The notes: generated from the sequence alone by a model not told the origin. 64,000 nucleotides of DNA from Candidatus Hydrogenedentota bacterium (GCA_963668025.2 CAXXTH010000018.1:288001-352000); one strand, 5' to 3'; numbered from the stretch's first letter, positions 37,561 to 47,817 are shown. Translations and numbers: made by a program.

Positions 37561-38775
37561 TCATTCCGACGGCTGCTGGGCCGTCGCTTCCGCGCGGGCG
37601 GATTCGGGCGTCAATTCGGCGAGTTCCGCAAGAATGCGCTGGGTCTTCTCCGTCATTGGCCACGTGCCGCTTTCCACATACTGAACGCCATGGCGCAGAA
37701 AAATGACGAAAGCGCCCCGACGCCGGCCAAAGTCCTTGTCAGCCCGATGGCCCAGGTCGCGCTCAATAAGGAGAGGAATGTCAGACCCTACCACGCCTGG
37801 GCGATGAGTATAGTCTGAATCGTATTCATCCCGTCCCTCGTACGACGATACCGAGTAAGGATCAGATGATTCGTGCAACACCTGATCTACATGGTCGGAC
37901 AACCGGTGCAAGACGTGAGTTCCCTTCTCATCTTCCACCACCAGATCCTCGTCGAAGGATCCGCCTTCAGCGATCTGCTTGCGATAAGCCTTCGCAAATG
38001 CTTCGACCGCGTCGTCATTGAGCAAGGCGTATCCGAGGTAGAAGTAGCTCTGGTCATCGTAATTACTACTCGGATCATCAGAGATATTGGTTCGATGTTT
38101 TGCGTAGCGTATGGTCGGACACGTAAATGTGGATGGGCCAAGCGTATCGTTGGGAGGAACCACATCCGGCGAGAACATGAGCACGCCAGGTTTTGTAGAG
38201 AGAGGTGGATATATTCCTTGATGGCTCTCCGCGTATTCCTTTAATGAGGTTTCAATCTGTTTCAAATTGCTTCGGCATGCCATCCTCTCGTTCGCCGGAC
38301 GGATATTGTGGAAATATACGAATGATGCACCTGCAAGGATCAGGCTAACGGTGATTGAACCAATGACAACTCCGAATAGAGGACGCCAAAAAACGCGTAT
38401 AGCCTTGGGGACTCGCCTGCTCCTATTAAAGGAAATACATCCTGTAATGATGGCTGCAAACGCCATGATCATCGGGATGCATGCCGCGAGCAAGAGCCCC
38501 GCAATATAAGTATCTTTGTAACCTAGAAAAGACAAAACTGATAGAGATAGATAAAAGAGCATATCAAACAGTGGAATTATTAGTAAACGACACCATGATA
38601 GAATGCTCGAAAGAATGGCCAGCCACAGACTCATGTTGGCCAGTTTCCGGGCGTTCTTGGCGCGCGATGCTTGCGCAAGCGCCTCCGGGTCCGGTCTCAG
38701 CTCTATTCCGCATTTAGGGCAGACACGTTCCTGCTCATCCACCGTGGCTCCACATTCCTGATTCGGGCACTGCAT
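37561..38775 (-). CDS. Zinc-ribbon + multi-TM + pilin-like (DUF1559-like) domain protein
   Basis: CPNQEC..CPKC; 3-4 TM; ACRSNLKQI...YA...YPP, FTCP. Confidence 0.65.
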   Translation of the reverse strand: MQCPNQECGATVDEQERVCPKCGIELRPDPEALAQASRAKNARKLANMSLWLAILSSILSWCRLLIIPLFDMLFYLSLSVLSFLGYKDTYIAGLLLAACIPMIMAFAAIITGCISFNRSRRVPKAIRVFWRPLFGVVIGSITVSLILAGASFVYFHNIRPANERMACRSNLKQIETSLKEYAESHQGIYPPLSTKPGVLMFSPDVVPPNDTLGPSTFTCPTIRYAKHRTNISDDPSSNYDDQSYFYLGYALLNDDAVEAFAKAYRKQIAEGGSFDEDLVVEDEKGTHVLHRLSDHVDQVLHESSDPYSVSSYEGRDEYDSDYTHRPGVVGSDIPLLIERDLGHRADKDFGRRRGAFVIFLRHGVQYVESGTWPMTEKTQRILAELAELTPESARAEATAQQPSE

Positions 38776-39152
38776 CGGATACTCTCCCGTTGACTGCTGG
38801 TTCGCCGTTTTCAATCTCCCGAAATCTTGTTCATCCTGTAAATCATATCTAAAACTCAACCGGTTCGACGCAGCTTCACGTCTCTCATCTTCCCTGCACG
38901 ATGACAATGAACACGAGAAAAATATATACCCGTGTCTATTATTTGTCAAACGAAAACGCGGACAGTCTTCCATAGTATGGACACGAATGACCGGCGAGGA
39001 CGCCGCTCCCACACACCGGGTCCATTCCGCACTTGAAGCGTCATGGACACGTGTAGGGCCTGACCCGAATATAGAATGCGGCGCATGAGCTCTCCACCCC
39101 ATCACAAGGCGGGGCGGAGTTCCCAGCGCCGCATGCTCTCTCTTGAACTGTT

Positions 39153-40478
39153 CTAGAACTCGTAGCCCACTTCCTTGTGCTGCGTCACATCGAGTCCCGT
39201 GATTTCTTCTTCTTCCGCTACGCGCAAACCGATAGTAGCGTTAATACCTTTCAGAATGACATAGGATAAAATGGCGCAATAGGCCGCCGTGCCGCACGCC
39301 GCAAGGATCTGCACGCCGAGCTGGCGGATGATGCCCAGGCCTTCGCCGCTGCCGCCCAGCATGGGCGACATGAAGACGCCGACAAGGATGGTTCCGATGA
39401 ATCCGCCGACCCCATGCACGCCGACCACATCAAGGGCGTCGTCATATCCCATAGCCCGCTTGAACGTAGTGGAAGCCCATTTGCAAACGAGGCCGGAAAC
39501 CAGGCCAATTACCACCGCGCCCAGAGGCCCCACACTTCCCGATGCGGGCGTGATGGCCGCCAATCCCGCGATAGCGCCCGTGGCGAAGCCCAGCGCGCTG
39601 GGCTTCTTGTTCTCGATCCATTCGGAAACCATCCAGGCCAAGGCTGCCACGGAGGGCGAGATCTGAGTAACGAGCACCGCCATGCACGCCTGGCCGTTGG
39701 CCGCCAATGCGCTGCCCCCATTGAATCCGAACCACCCCACCCACAGCATGCCCGTGCCCGCGAGGGTGATAGTCAGGTTATGCGGGATCATGGGCGTGGT
39801 GGGGTATCCTTTGCGCTTGCCCACCAAAATGGCGGCGATTAATGCGCCCACGCCCGCCGTGATATGCACCACGATGCCGCCCGCAAAATCCAGCACGCCC
39901 AAATCCGCCAGCAAAGCGCCTTTGCCGCCCCACACCATATGGCACACCGGCAAGTAGACGAAGGTGAACCATAATCCCGAGAACCAGAGCACGGCGGAAA
40001 ACTTCATCCGCTCCGCGAACGCGCCAATAATGAGGCCCGGCGTGATGAGTGCGAACGTCAATTGGAACACGAAGAAAATAGGCTCCGGAATGGTTCCCCA
40101 AAGAGAATCGCCATGGACGCCCCACAAGAACACTTTGGACAGGCCCCCCACGAAGGAATGAAGCCCGAGCCGCCCCTGCGCCATGCCCGTAGCGTCAAAC
40201 GCGATTGAATATCCATAGATAAGCCATAATACCGTGATTAATGCAGTGATGGCAAAACATTGCACCAGCACGGATAGCACGTTCTTTGTCCGCACAAGCC
40301 CCCCATAAAACAATGCCAGCCCTGGAATCATCATGAACAAGACCAGCGCGGACGCCACCAGTATCCAGGCCGTGTCGCCCGCATTCAAGCCGTCCTCCGC
40401 GAATGCGATTCCTGGCGGCGACAGAAATAATAAGCATGCTGTCAAAATATACCCGATGCGTACTCGATGTATAGGCAT
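39153..40478 (-). CDS. amtB: Ammonium transporter
   Basis: PGLALFYGG, DFAGGIVVH, LWVGWFGFNGGS, DDALDVVGVHG. Confidence 0.96.
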   Translation of the reverse strand: MPIHRVRIGYILTACLLFLSPPGIAFAEDGLNAGDTAWILVASALVLFMMIPGLALFYGGLVRTKNVLSVLVQCFAITALITVLWLIYGYSIAFDATGMAQGRLGLHSFVGGLSKVFLWGVHGDSLWGTIPEPIFFVFQLTFALITPGLIIGAFAERMKFSAVLWFSGLWFTFVYLPVCHMVWGGKGALLADLGVLDFAGGIVVHITAGVGALIAAILVGKRKGYPTTPMIPHNLTITLAGTGMLWVGWFGFNGGSALAANGQACMAVLVTQISPSVAALAWMVSEWIENKKPSALGFATGAIAGLAAITPASGSVGPLGAVVIGLVSGLVCKWASTTFKRAMGYDDALDVVGVHGVGGFIGTILVGVFMSPMLGGSGEGLGIIRQLGVQILAACGTAAYCAILSYVILKGINATIGLRVAEEEEITGLDVTQHKEVGYEF

Positions 40479-40713
40479 AGTGCTCTCCTTCCCGGCAGGC
40501 GCATATCGCCTTGCCAGCGCTCAAAAAAACGTATGATTTCGCCTGTAACCTTCCGGACACATTCGTCCGGGCACAGTCCTACTTTTTTGTGGGTTGTTTC
40601 GCCCAGAAACGTACCTTTTTGTGTGTTCTTACTACCTGAAGGCCCTTCAGCGTAGACAACGAGCAACTTACGTACCATTTACGCGGGATCTTGAGATACG
40701 GCACCCCTAAAAT

Positions 40714-41172
40714 CAGACTTCCTGATCCCGCCGGAAACGAGGATGGCACTTTCTAGGTTGCGATCCGGTGCGCGATGACACGCCTTCGGTTCGGCAGGCG
40801 GCAGGGCATCGTCTTGCGTCAACTGGCTGGGGGCGAATATAGGGCTGAGACCCCCGGCAGATGCATTCCGTTACGCAGCAATCCATGTTCCATAATGGAC
40901 CAATAAGTGCCGGAAAGTGCCAAGAACGAAATCCAGTCCTGTTCTGTAAGCCTCACGATGCCATAGTGTTATGAGCGTTGTGCCAAAAACGTTCCTGGCA
41001 CCAAATTCCTCGTGGGGCGGTTGAATCAGCAGAAATGCAGAGAGGGGCCTTGGGTTGAACGAGCAGCGGGTGGCACGATTCTACCTAGGCCTATGAGGAA
41101 TTTCTCATTGAAAAAGTGCCAACCCCGTTTCCTGAAAATCGCATCAAAAACCAGCCGGGATCAGGAAGTCTG
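40714..41172. mobile_element. MITE / non-autonomous IS, 459 bp
   Basis: 17-bp perfect TIR CAGACTTCCTGATCCCG; 5-bp direct repeat AAAAT at 40709-40713 and 41173-41177; no long ORF. Confidence 0.8.
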
Positions 41173-41405
41173 AAAATACATATTCAAGCTATTTTACAAA
41201 TAGGCACGTATTATGGCTTCGGCGTCTTCACCTATAAGGACGGCATGCGTGAAGATATGGAAGGCTAGGATTCAAGAAGAAAGTATCCCCCAGCAAAACC
41301 AGGGGCTTAATTATGAGAACCACCCAAAGCGGCTGGCGGAAGAGACTCCATCACTGGCCAGGCACCCCAGAAACATTCCCAGAATGGCGCGGCTTGGCTC
41401 CCCAA

Positions 41406-42077
41406 GTAAAAAACCACGCCCAGAGGACGTGGCTTTGCTTTGGCCACTCAGAGAGTGGCTGAGTGCTTGCACCCAAAGGATGCAAGCGTGGGTTGTGTTC
41501 CGCAACACCGCTTGGTTCAGTACTTCAATTTTAGCTGTTCATCGTGACGTTCCGCTTCTTCCTGGAACTTCACGTACTTGCGGATCATTTCTTCGTTAAG
41601 CCCCACGGTATCCACGCAATATCCAGGTGCCCAGAAATGATTGCCCCAATAGGGCTTCTTTTTCAAATGCGGAAACTGCTTGAATATCCGGATCGCCGTA
41701 CGCCCCTTCAAAATGCCCGCCAGATCCGATATCGACACCTTTGGCGGAACCATCACAAGCAAATGCACGTGCTCGGGCTGTACATTCAATTCGAGCACCT
41801 CGCATCCTTGCTGCCCACAGAACATTTGGATACAGGTGTAGACCTCCTTGCCCACCGGTCCCGTCAAAACCCGGTAGCGGTATTTGGGCACCCATACCAT
41901 GTGATATTGGCAATACCATATCGCATGTGATAATTTGCGGAAACGACTCATTGGCATCTCCTTCCTCGGTGTTGCGGAACAACACGAGTGTAGGGGATGC
42001 CGATGGGCTCAAACAGGCTGAGCCAAAGGCCCTATGACCACGTCCAAAGGACGTGGGTTTCTAGGTCGCACCAAAAC
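41406..42077 (-). mobile_element. IS200-type element, intact copy
   Basis: Subterminal hairpins CCACGyCC-nnA-GGACGTGG at both ends; limits set by homology with copy at 48091. Confidence 0.88.
41517..41957 (-). CDS. tnpA: IS200/IS605 Y1 transposase
   Basis: YHMVWVPKYR, HVH (HUH) motif, FWAPGY, catalytic KYV. Confidence 0.95.
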   Translation of the reverse strand: MPMSRFRKLSHAIWYCQYHMVWVPKYRYRVLTGPVGKEVYTCIQMFCGQQGCEVLELNVQPEHVHLLVMVPPKVSISDLAGILKGRTAIRIFKQFPHLKKKPYWGNHFWAPGYCVDTVGLNEEMIRKYVKFQEEAERHDEQLKLKY

Positions 42078-42135
42078 GCAAAGAAAAAGCCCCAAGAGCC
42101 TGCTTTCGCAAGTCCTTGAGGCTAAAGGCTTTAAG

Positions 42136-42212
42136 TGGCGGGAGCGACGAGACTTGAACTCGCGACCTTCGGCGTGACAGGCCGACGTTCTAACCAACTG
42201 AACTACGCCCCC
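42136..42212 (-). tRNA. tRNA-Asp(GTC)
   Basis: GGGGGCGTAGTTCAGTTGGTTAGAACGTCGGCCTGTCACGCCGAAGGTCGCGAGTTCAAGTCTCGTCGCTCCCGCCA; cloverleaf with encoded CCA. Confidence 0.97.
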
Positions 42213-43210
42213 GTAGCTCGATTCAGCACGCATATCATTGCGCCGCCAAACGTCGCGTTTTATATCATATGCTCGAAGAGCAAGTCAAATTTCCCAGACA
42301 CGCTGCAGCGGTGAAGAATAGCGGCGCCCCAGGGTCAGGCGTTGAGGTGATGCGGGTTAGACGGGGGGTGGCGAGGCCGACAGGCGACAGGAGGGGCAGC
42401 GGCTGTGCGTAAAGCCGGTGAATGGATGGGCGAGACGTGTAGGGCGGCGGCGCAACCGGGAACGCGCGGGCGCCCTATGCGGAACTGAAGCGGATCTGGA
42501 TGGCCTCGGTGCAGAGGGCGTCATATTGTTCGCGGGACAGGGTGGCGTTGCGCAGGGCTTCGAGGAGGCGATGGGCAAGGTTTCTGGCGGAGCCAAAGCC
42601 TTTTGGAAAGTGGGCGGCCAGAAGGCTGCCATCCTCCAGGAGTTGCATGAGCAGATGGGCTATCTGCATCAAGAGGTAGTAGATCTTACTGGCCTGTTCG
42701 TTTTGGGTATAGGCGTGTTCGAGGTTGTAGCCGCCGTTTTTCTGCACGTTGAATGCTTCATTTTCAATCTTCCAGCGTAAGCGTCCTCCTTCATTGGCCA
42801 AGGCGGCCGCATTGTGCGCGGATACGGGCACGTTGGTCACCCATTTGAACTTGGTTTTCTTCATCATGCCTTCTGCGTCCGGGCGGGTGTCCACGCATTC
42901 GAGCACGGACGGGATGTGTTCCCGCCGCTCGGAGTCGCGGTAGGGGATGTCGTTGAACCAGCGAAACTGCTGGTGGATTTCCTTCTTGCTGCCGCAACGC
43001 CACGTAAGCTGGTTTTCGGGCGTCGCGGCCGCGAGGCTCTCGAATTCCTCGTTCACGGTGGCCAATTGGTCGTCCGTGAGCATAATCATGAACTTCCAGC
43101 CATATTGCTCGCACAGCCGAAACACCGGTCCCGTGGCGTACAGGCCGTCCATCGCCAACAGCAGCGGCAAGCGGGGGAATCGGGCATGCAGGCGTGGGGC
43201 CAGCCGGTAG

Positions 43211-44579
43211 GGGTGCTCCCTCAATATGATAACCTCAATTGACCCCGTGGCGGGCCACGTGTTGCCAGAACTGGTCCCAACGGCCCTCGGTCATCTCCAG
43301 CGACCTGAGCGCGATCACCGCGCTCGCGCCCGCTTCCTTCCACCGCATCCCGGAGCATGCCAGGCGTTGCTTGATCAGCGTCTTGCACGCCGCCTCCGTC
43401 ACTCCGCTGCCGATGGGAAGGCGCTCCGCCGTGTGCCGCCAGTATTGCATCTTCGAGCGGTGATTGCCGAAGTAGGTGATCGCCTTGCCGAGTTCCTCGC
43501 GGCAAGCCTGGGCGCGCACGCTTGGCAAGCTCGCCTTCATCTCCTCCAGCAAGCGTCCGGCTGCGCCCCTCGTGTGCTTCAGCCGGTGACTCCAGTCCGC
43601 CTCCCACTCCCGGCGGCGCGCGCCATGACCGTGAATCGCCTCCGCCGCCTTCCCCACGTATTCCCGCGCGTGATAGAAATCCAGCATCTGCCGGTCCGTG
43701 CGCGGCGTCAAAAACTTCCAGTTGTCCGGCGCGCCGTCGGCCAGGCCGATATACAGCGCCGCCGGGTGCCTCGCCCTCACGCGCTCCACCTCGCGGCCGA
43801 AGCGCTCGAGGAAAGTCTGCTTGCCGTACTCGGGCGATGCGCCCGCGTAGATCGTGTGCAGCCGCTCCCCGTCCTTGTCGTACAGGCTGATGGACCCGCA
43901 CATCGCCTGACGCCAGCCGTCCTCCCTGAGCAGCATGCAGGTGCCGTCCAGGCCCACGGCCACCGACGCGACCGGCCTGTCCAATTCCGGCAGCTCGTAC
44001 TCCCACGTCTCCTCCCTGGCCTGCGCCAGGGCGCCCACAAAATCGCCGATCTTCTTCACATAGTCGCGCGAGATTGCGCGGCCTGTCGACTCGAGCAGGT
44101 CGCGGCGCATGACATCGGCGCCCATGCGGGAGTATTTGCCGCTGACGATCCGGGCGTAGCGCGGCGTGGCGTTCATGACCATTCGCGCGTCCCGCTCCAG
44201 CGGGCAGAAGGTGCGCCCGCCCGTGGCGGTGTTCTGGTAGACGTGCCGCTCGACGCGGACCGGGCCGTGGGGCGTCTCGTAGGTCTGGCCGAAGCGCCCC
44301 TTGGTTTTGAAGGTGGTGGCGCCGACGCGGATGGGCGAGCCGTCTGTGTCGAAACGGGCCAGGGCCTCGGCCATGACTGCGCGCCCCACCCCGTTCAGGG
44401 CCTCCTGGACCGCCTCCTCCATATCGAGCATCGAACCACGCAGCCTCAGCGAGAAACTCACCTCGAACGTGTCGCCGTCGCGCCTTGTCACCATCGCTGC
44501 CATCGGTCTTCCTCCGTTAAGGGTCCGGCATACTTATCGACCCGACACGAGGATTTCTTTAGCATTCTGCGGGAACACC
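43211..44579 (-). mobile_element. ISKra4-family IS (ends +/-2 bp)
   Basis: Imperfect IR GGTGyTCCCkCA; duplicated AGCCGGTAG at 43202-43210 and 44580-44588. Confidence 0.82.
43235..44503 (-). CDS. ISKra4-family transposase
   Basis: LDG, ADGA, LDFYHAREY, IGSGVTEAACK...GMRW. Confidence 0.9.
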   Translation of the reverse strand: MAAMVTRRDGDTFEVSFSLRLRGSMLDMEEAVQEALNGVGRAVMAEALARFDTDGSPIRVGATTFKTKGRFGQTYETPHGPVRVERHVYQNTATGGRTFCPLERDARMVMNATPRYARIVSGKYSRMGADVMRRDLLESTGRAISRDYVKKIGDFVGALAQAREETWEYELPELDRPVASVAVGLDGTCMLLREDGWRQAMCGSISLYDKDGERLHTIYAGASPEYGKQTFLERFGREVERVRARHPAALYIGLADGAPDNWKFLTPRTDRQMLDFYHAREYVGKAAEAIHGHGARRREWEADWSHRLKHTRGAAGRLLEEMKASLPSVRAQACREELGKAITYFGNHRSKMQYWRHTAERLPIGSGVTEAACKTLIKQRLACSGMRWKEAGASAVIALRSLEMTEGRWDQFWQHVARHGVN

Positions 44580-45186
44580 AGCCGGTAGAAAGCTTTGGTC
44601 TCGCAATCCTGCTTGCGTTGTTGCTCGCTTTTCGCCAGGTCTTTCTCTGGATTCTCAATGAACTCCGTCATGAGCGAAAAGACCCACCCGTTTGGCGTGA
44701 CGATCTTGGACTCCAGCACGGGATGGTAGTAGGTGATCTTGCCGCTCTTGTGCTTGCGCGTGAGGCAATGGGCGCAGTGGCGATGATCATAACTGCGTGT
44801 CCCCGTGGCGTCGATGGCCGCCACGTAGTAGCGCCCGAACAGGCGGTGGGGGTACAACACCTTCTTGTCGATGAGCGTCTGCGTCATGCCGGAAACGAGT
44901 TCCTGGACCGCCTCGAACGGCAAACCGCGAAATACCCCGTTCATCGTATCGCCATGCGGCACGCTGTCCACGTCAAACAAGACCTTGTACAGATGGACCA
45001 TGAACGTCGTGTACAACTGCAGGCGGACTTGCCGGCGCGCCCCGAGCCGGCATGCGAACATCAGCACTCCCAAGAACACCAGCGACGCGACACTGTAGTC
45101 CACGTCGCCGGCTTGCTCGGGTTTGCGGGGATCGGGCAAGCCCGCAAAGCGCTTGCGCACCGGGCCAAAGAAGTGGGTGAACGTCC

Positions 45187-45534
45187 TCAAGAAGGCCCGG
45201 ATGATTTCCGGATGCTCTTCTTGCGGGTTTGCAGGAACTGCCGTTGGGCCGCGCCCATGGCCTCGACGAGCTTCTTGAGCTTTTTCCATTCCTCAATCCA
45301 TTGCGCCACTTCGCGGCGCAATTCACGGGGCACGTGGAGGGTGCGGGTCTTCCCGCCCTCCTTCCACGTCAGCAGGGCCGTTTCATGGATCGGCCCTTCC
45401 TGGACGCACCGGCAGCGCGGGTTCCCGCAGCGGCTGCGGGTGATGGTGAGCGTGGCGGGAAGAAAGGGCCCCAGACGCGCCAGGCGCGCCTGGACCTTGC
45501 GTCCCGCCGAGTTCGTGACAGGTTTCCCTTCCAT
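45187..45534 (-). CDS. DUF6788-like small IS accessory ORF
   Basis: CGNPRCRC..G..H...LTWKEGGKTRT; overlaps transposase in the -1 frame. Confidence 0.7.
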   Translation of the reverse strand: MEGKPVTNSAGRKVQARLARLGPFLPATLTITRSRCGNPRCRCVQEGPIHETALLTWKEGGKTRTLHVPRELRREVAQWIEEWKKLKKLVEAMGAAQRQFLQTRKKSIRKSSGPS

Positions 45535-45776
45535 GTACGGAAGTATATATACTTCCGTACCAGAAGTCAACAAAAAAAAGCGCCGATGCGAAGAAAAAAC
45601 TCCCCGCACCGGCGCATCCTCAACTCATTCAACTGCTTCTACGCGAAAAAAAAGCGGTTCTTCACCGCTGGACACGCTGGGCCTGCGTCAAAAAAGTGGG
45701 TTTTCGTTTCCCCCCCCTTTTTTTGGCCCGATGTATGTAGTAAGATTACTACAATAAATAGAGAGGAGAACCAATC

Positions 45777-46157
45777 ATGGCCAATAAACGCACGCTGGAA
45801 GAAAAACGCTTGGACTTGCTCGAACAATTGGGCGAAATACGAACCTTGAGAAAAGGATCCCTCAATGAACAATGGTTTCCCTCTATCAAGGACGGGAAAA
45901 AAACGCGAGAGTTACGCGGACCCTATTACTTATGGACAAGCAAGAAAAACAATAAGACCGTGAGCGAACGCATTTGCGGCGAGCAAGAATTGAACCGCGC
46001 GCGTCAGGATGAGGAAAACTATAAACGTTTCCGGGATGTATGCAGACAATTCGAGTCGGTGGCCCAAGAACTGGGCGAACTGGAACGGATGCAGAGCGCC
46101 GAACAAGACGCCCTCAAAAAAAAACGCAAGCCGCCATCGAAAAAGACGCCGAAGTAA
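45777..46157 (+). CDS. DUF6788-like ORF A of IS
   Basis: RKGSL...GPYYLWTSKKNNKTVS...YKRF; GAGGAG RBS. Confidence 0.75.
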   Translation: MANKRTLEEKRLDLLEQLGEIRTLRKGSLNEQWFPSIKDGKKTRELRGPYYLWTSKKNNKTVSERICGEQELNRARQDEENYKRFRDVCRQFESVAQELGELERMQSAEQDALKKKRKPPSKKTPK

Positions 46158-47461
46158 CGCGGATTTTCAACGCGGCAAAACGCGCGGCGGGAACGGATCT
46201 CGAAGCATTGGAACAAGCCCTGCGCGGCGCGGCCCTCATGGGAGGGGCCAAGGCGCTCGATGCCTTTTTAAGAAAGGTGGGCGTGGGCCGGCGCGGGGAA
46301 AAAGCGCGTTGCTCATGCATGGCGGTAATGAAAAGCCGTGGCCTGAAGACAAAAACCATCGTCACTCTTTTGGGCAAGATCCGCTTTACGCGCACCGCCT
46401 ACCGGTGCCCCCGGTGCGGCAAATGGCGGTATCCCGGCGACGAGGAGCTCGATGTCGCCAACACGCGCTATTCGCCGGGCGTGCGGCGTCTCGTGGCGGA
46501 TTTCGCCAGCGACGCCCCATTCAAAAGGGTGTCGCAACAACTGAAAGCAGCCGCCGGACTCGTGATCAGCCGCAAGGACTGTGAGCGTATCGCGGAACAG
46601 ACCGGCCAGCAAGCCGCCCACTGGTTCGCGCAAGAACGGGACCGTATCCGATTCCAGGAACCGCCGCCTCCCGATGCCGCCAAAACTATCGAGACCCTTT
46701 ACATCGAGTTCGACGGCAGCGGCGTTCCCATGGTGCCCGAGGCGCTCGAAGGCCGCAAGGGAAAATATCAAAACGGCAAGCCCAAAACCCGCGAGGTGAA
46801 AATCGGATGCGTTTTTTCTCAAACCGCCTTCAACGAAAAAGGCCGCCCCATCCGGGATAGGGGCTCCGCCAGTTTCGTGGGCGCCATCGAGACGTCCGAA
46901 CAGTTTCAATGGCGCATCTACGCCGAGGCCGTCCGCCGCGGATTGTTCAGGGCCAAACGCGTCGTATGCCTCACCGATGGGGCCGAATGGATACGAAACA
47001 TCGTACAAACCCATTTTCACGCCGCCATCCACGTAGTCGACTTGTATCACGCGCGCGAGCATCTCGGGAACCTGTGCAAATTGTTGTTTGGACGCGACGA
47101 AAAACGTTTGGCCTTGTACAAGGGCAAATGGTGGGACGATCTGGATGAGGGAAAGATCGAAACCATCGTGGAAGAAGCCGCCGTGCTGTTGCCAAACAAT
47201 GGGCCGGATGCCAAAGAAGCCGTTACCGCCATCGGCTATTTTGAGACGAACAAAGAACGCATGCGCTACAACGATTTTTTTGCCAAGGGACTATTCGTTG
47301 GCTCGGGAGTCATTGAAGCGGCGTGCAGGACGGTCGTTGGCCAGCGTATGAAGCACTCCGGTATGGAATGGACCGTCCGTGGCGCAAATGCCATTACGGC
47401 GTTGCGATGCCTTATTCAATCCAATCGCTTCGAGGAGTATTGGGAACAAAGAACCGGATGA
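46040..47461 (+). CDS. ISKra4-family transposase (ORF B, probably reached by -1 frameshift)
   Basis: FDG, TDGAEWI, VDLYHAREH, VGSGVIEAAC...GMEW; A9 run at 46116-46124 in the overlap. Confidence 0.88.
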   Translation: MQTIRVGGPRTGRTGTDAERRTRRPQKKTQAAIEKDAEVTRIFNAAKRAAGTDLEALEQALRGAALMGGAKALDAFLRKVGVGRRGEKARCSCMAVMKSRGLKTKTIVTLLGKIRFTRTAYRCPRCGKWRYPGDEELDVANTRYSPGVRRLVADFASDAPFKRVSQQLKAAAGLVISRKDCERIAEQTGQQAAHWFAQERDRIRFQEPPPPDAAKTIETLYIEFDGSGVPMVPEALEGRKGKYQNGKPKTREVKIGCVFSQTAFNEKGRPIRDRGSASFVGAIETSEQFQWRIYAEAVRRGLFRAKRVVCLTDGAEWIRNIVQTHFHAAIHVVDLYHAREHLGNLCKLLFGRDEKRLALYKGKWWDDLDEGKIETIVEEAAVLLPNNGPDAKEAVTAIGYFETNKERMRYNDFFAKGLFVGSGVIEAACRTVVGQRMKHSGMEWTVRGANAITALRCLIQSNRFEEYWEQRTG

Positions 47462-47538
47462 AAACCCACTTTTTTGACGCAGGCCCAGACACGCTAAATC
47501 ATAGAGCAAATAGAACCGTGGAGCAGCCGCCAGAAATC

Positions 47539-47817
47539 CTAATCGGTTTCCCGCCTGTAATACGTGACGCGATCCTCTACAGGATCGGGGAAGCGCAATA
47601 GGCCGCATTCCGGGCACACCATGATGCTGCTTATATATTGCGCCGCTTTCGACAGCGCCTTGCGCCCGTCTTCGCTGCCAGCTTTGCTTGCCAACACCTT
47701 GGCTTCCAATCGGATAAATTTCTGGTAATCTTGTTCGCGTATGGTCGCATATCGTTGGAAAGGGCATGGTTTTTCCATCACATGCTCCGTAAAACTGTAT
47801 CCGCATTTGCATTTCAT
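47539..47817 (-). CDS. Small zinc-ribbon protein
   Basis: CKCG ... CPECG; AAAGGGG RBS-like. Confidence 0.6.
   Translation of the reverse strand: MKCKCGYSFTEHVMEKPCPFQRYATIREQDYQKFIRLEAKVLASKAGSEDGRKALSKAAQYISSIMVCPECGLLRFPDPVEDRVTYYRRETD

Larger units (their letters stand above)
42475..45289 (-). pseudogene. Transposase split into N-part (45289-44580) and C-part (43210-42475)
   Basis: Removing the inner IS rejoins KQDCETKAFYRL|APRLHARF; RWKIENEAFNVQK motif. Confidence 0.85.
42306..45670 (-). mobile_element. DDE IS (IS4-superfamily/ISNCY-like), interrupted by an ISKra4-like element
   Basis: 13-bp TIR CAGCGGTGAAGAA; 9-bp TSD GACACGCTG at 42297-42305 and 45671-45679. Confidence 0.85.
45679..47486 (+). 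mobile_element. ISKra4-family IS
   Basis: 27-bp perfect TIR GGGCCTGCGTCAAAAAAGTGGGTTTTC; TSD AGACACGCT at 42296-42304 and 47487-47495. Confidence 0.9.

Noticed and set aside
40500-41125. Sigma54/NtrC sites for amtB
   Set aside because: Several TGGCA words, none with a correctly spaced -12 TGC; no NtrC palindrome recognised
42085-42135. Integrative element attachment site at the tRNA-Asp 3' end
   Set aside because: No integrase and no duplicated tRNA 3' fragment seen in the window; the downstream hairpin fits a terminator
43226-45757. 843-aa plus-strand ORF
   Set aside because: Antisense shadow of two GC-rich transposase genes; it crosses the junction of independently inserted IS and has no motifs
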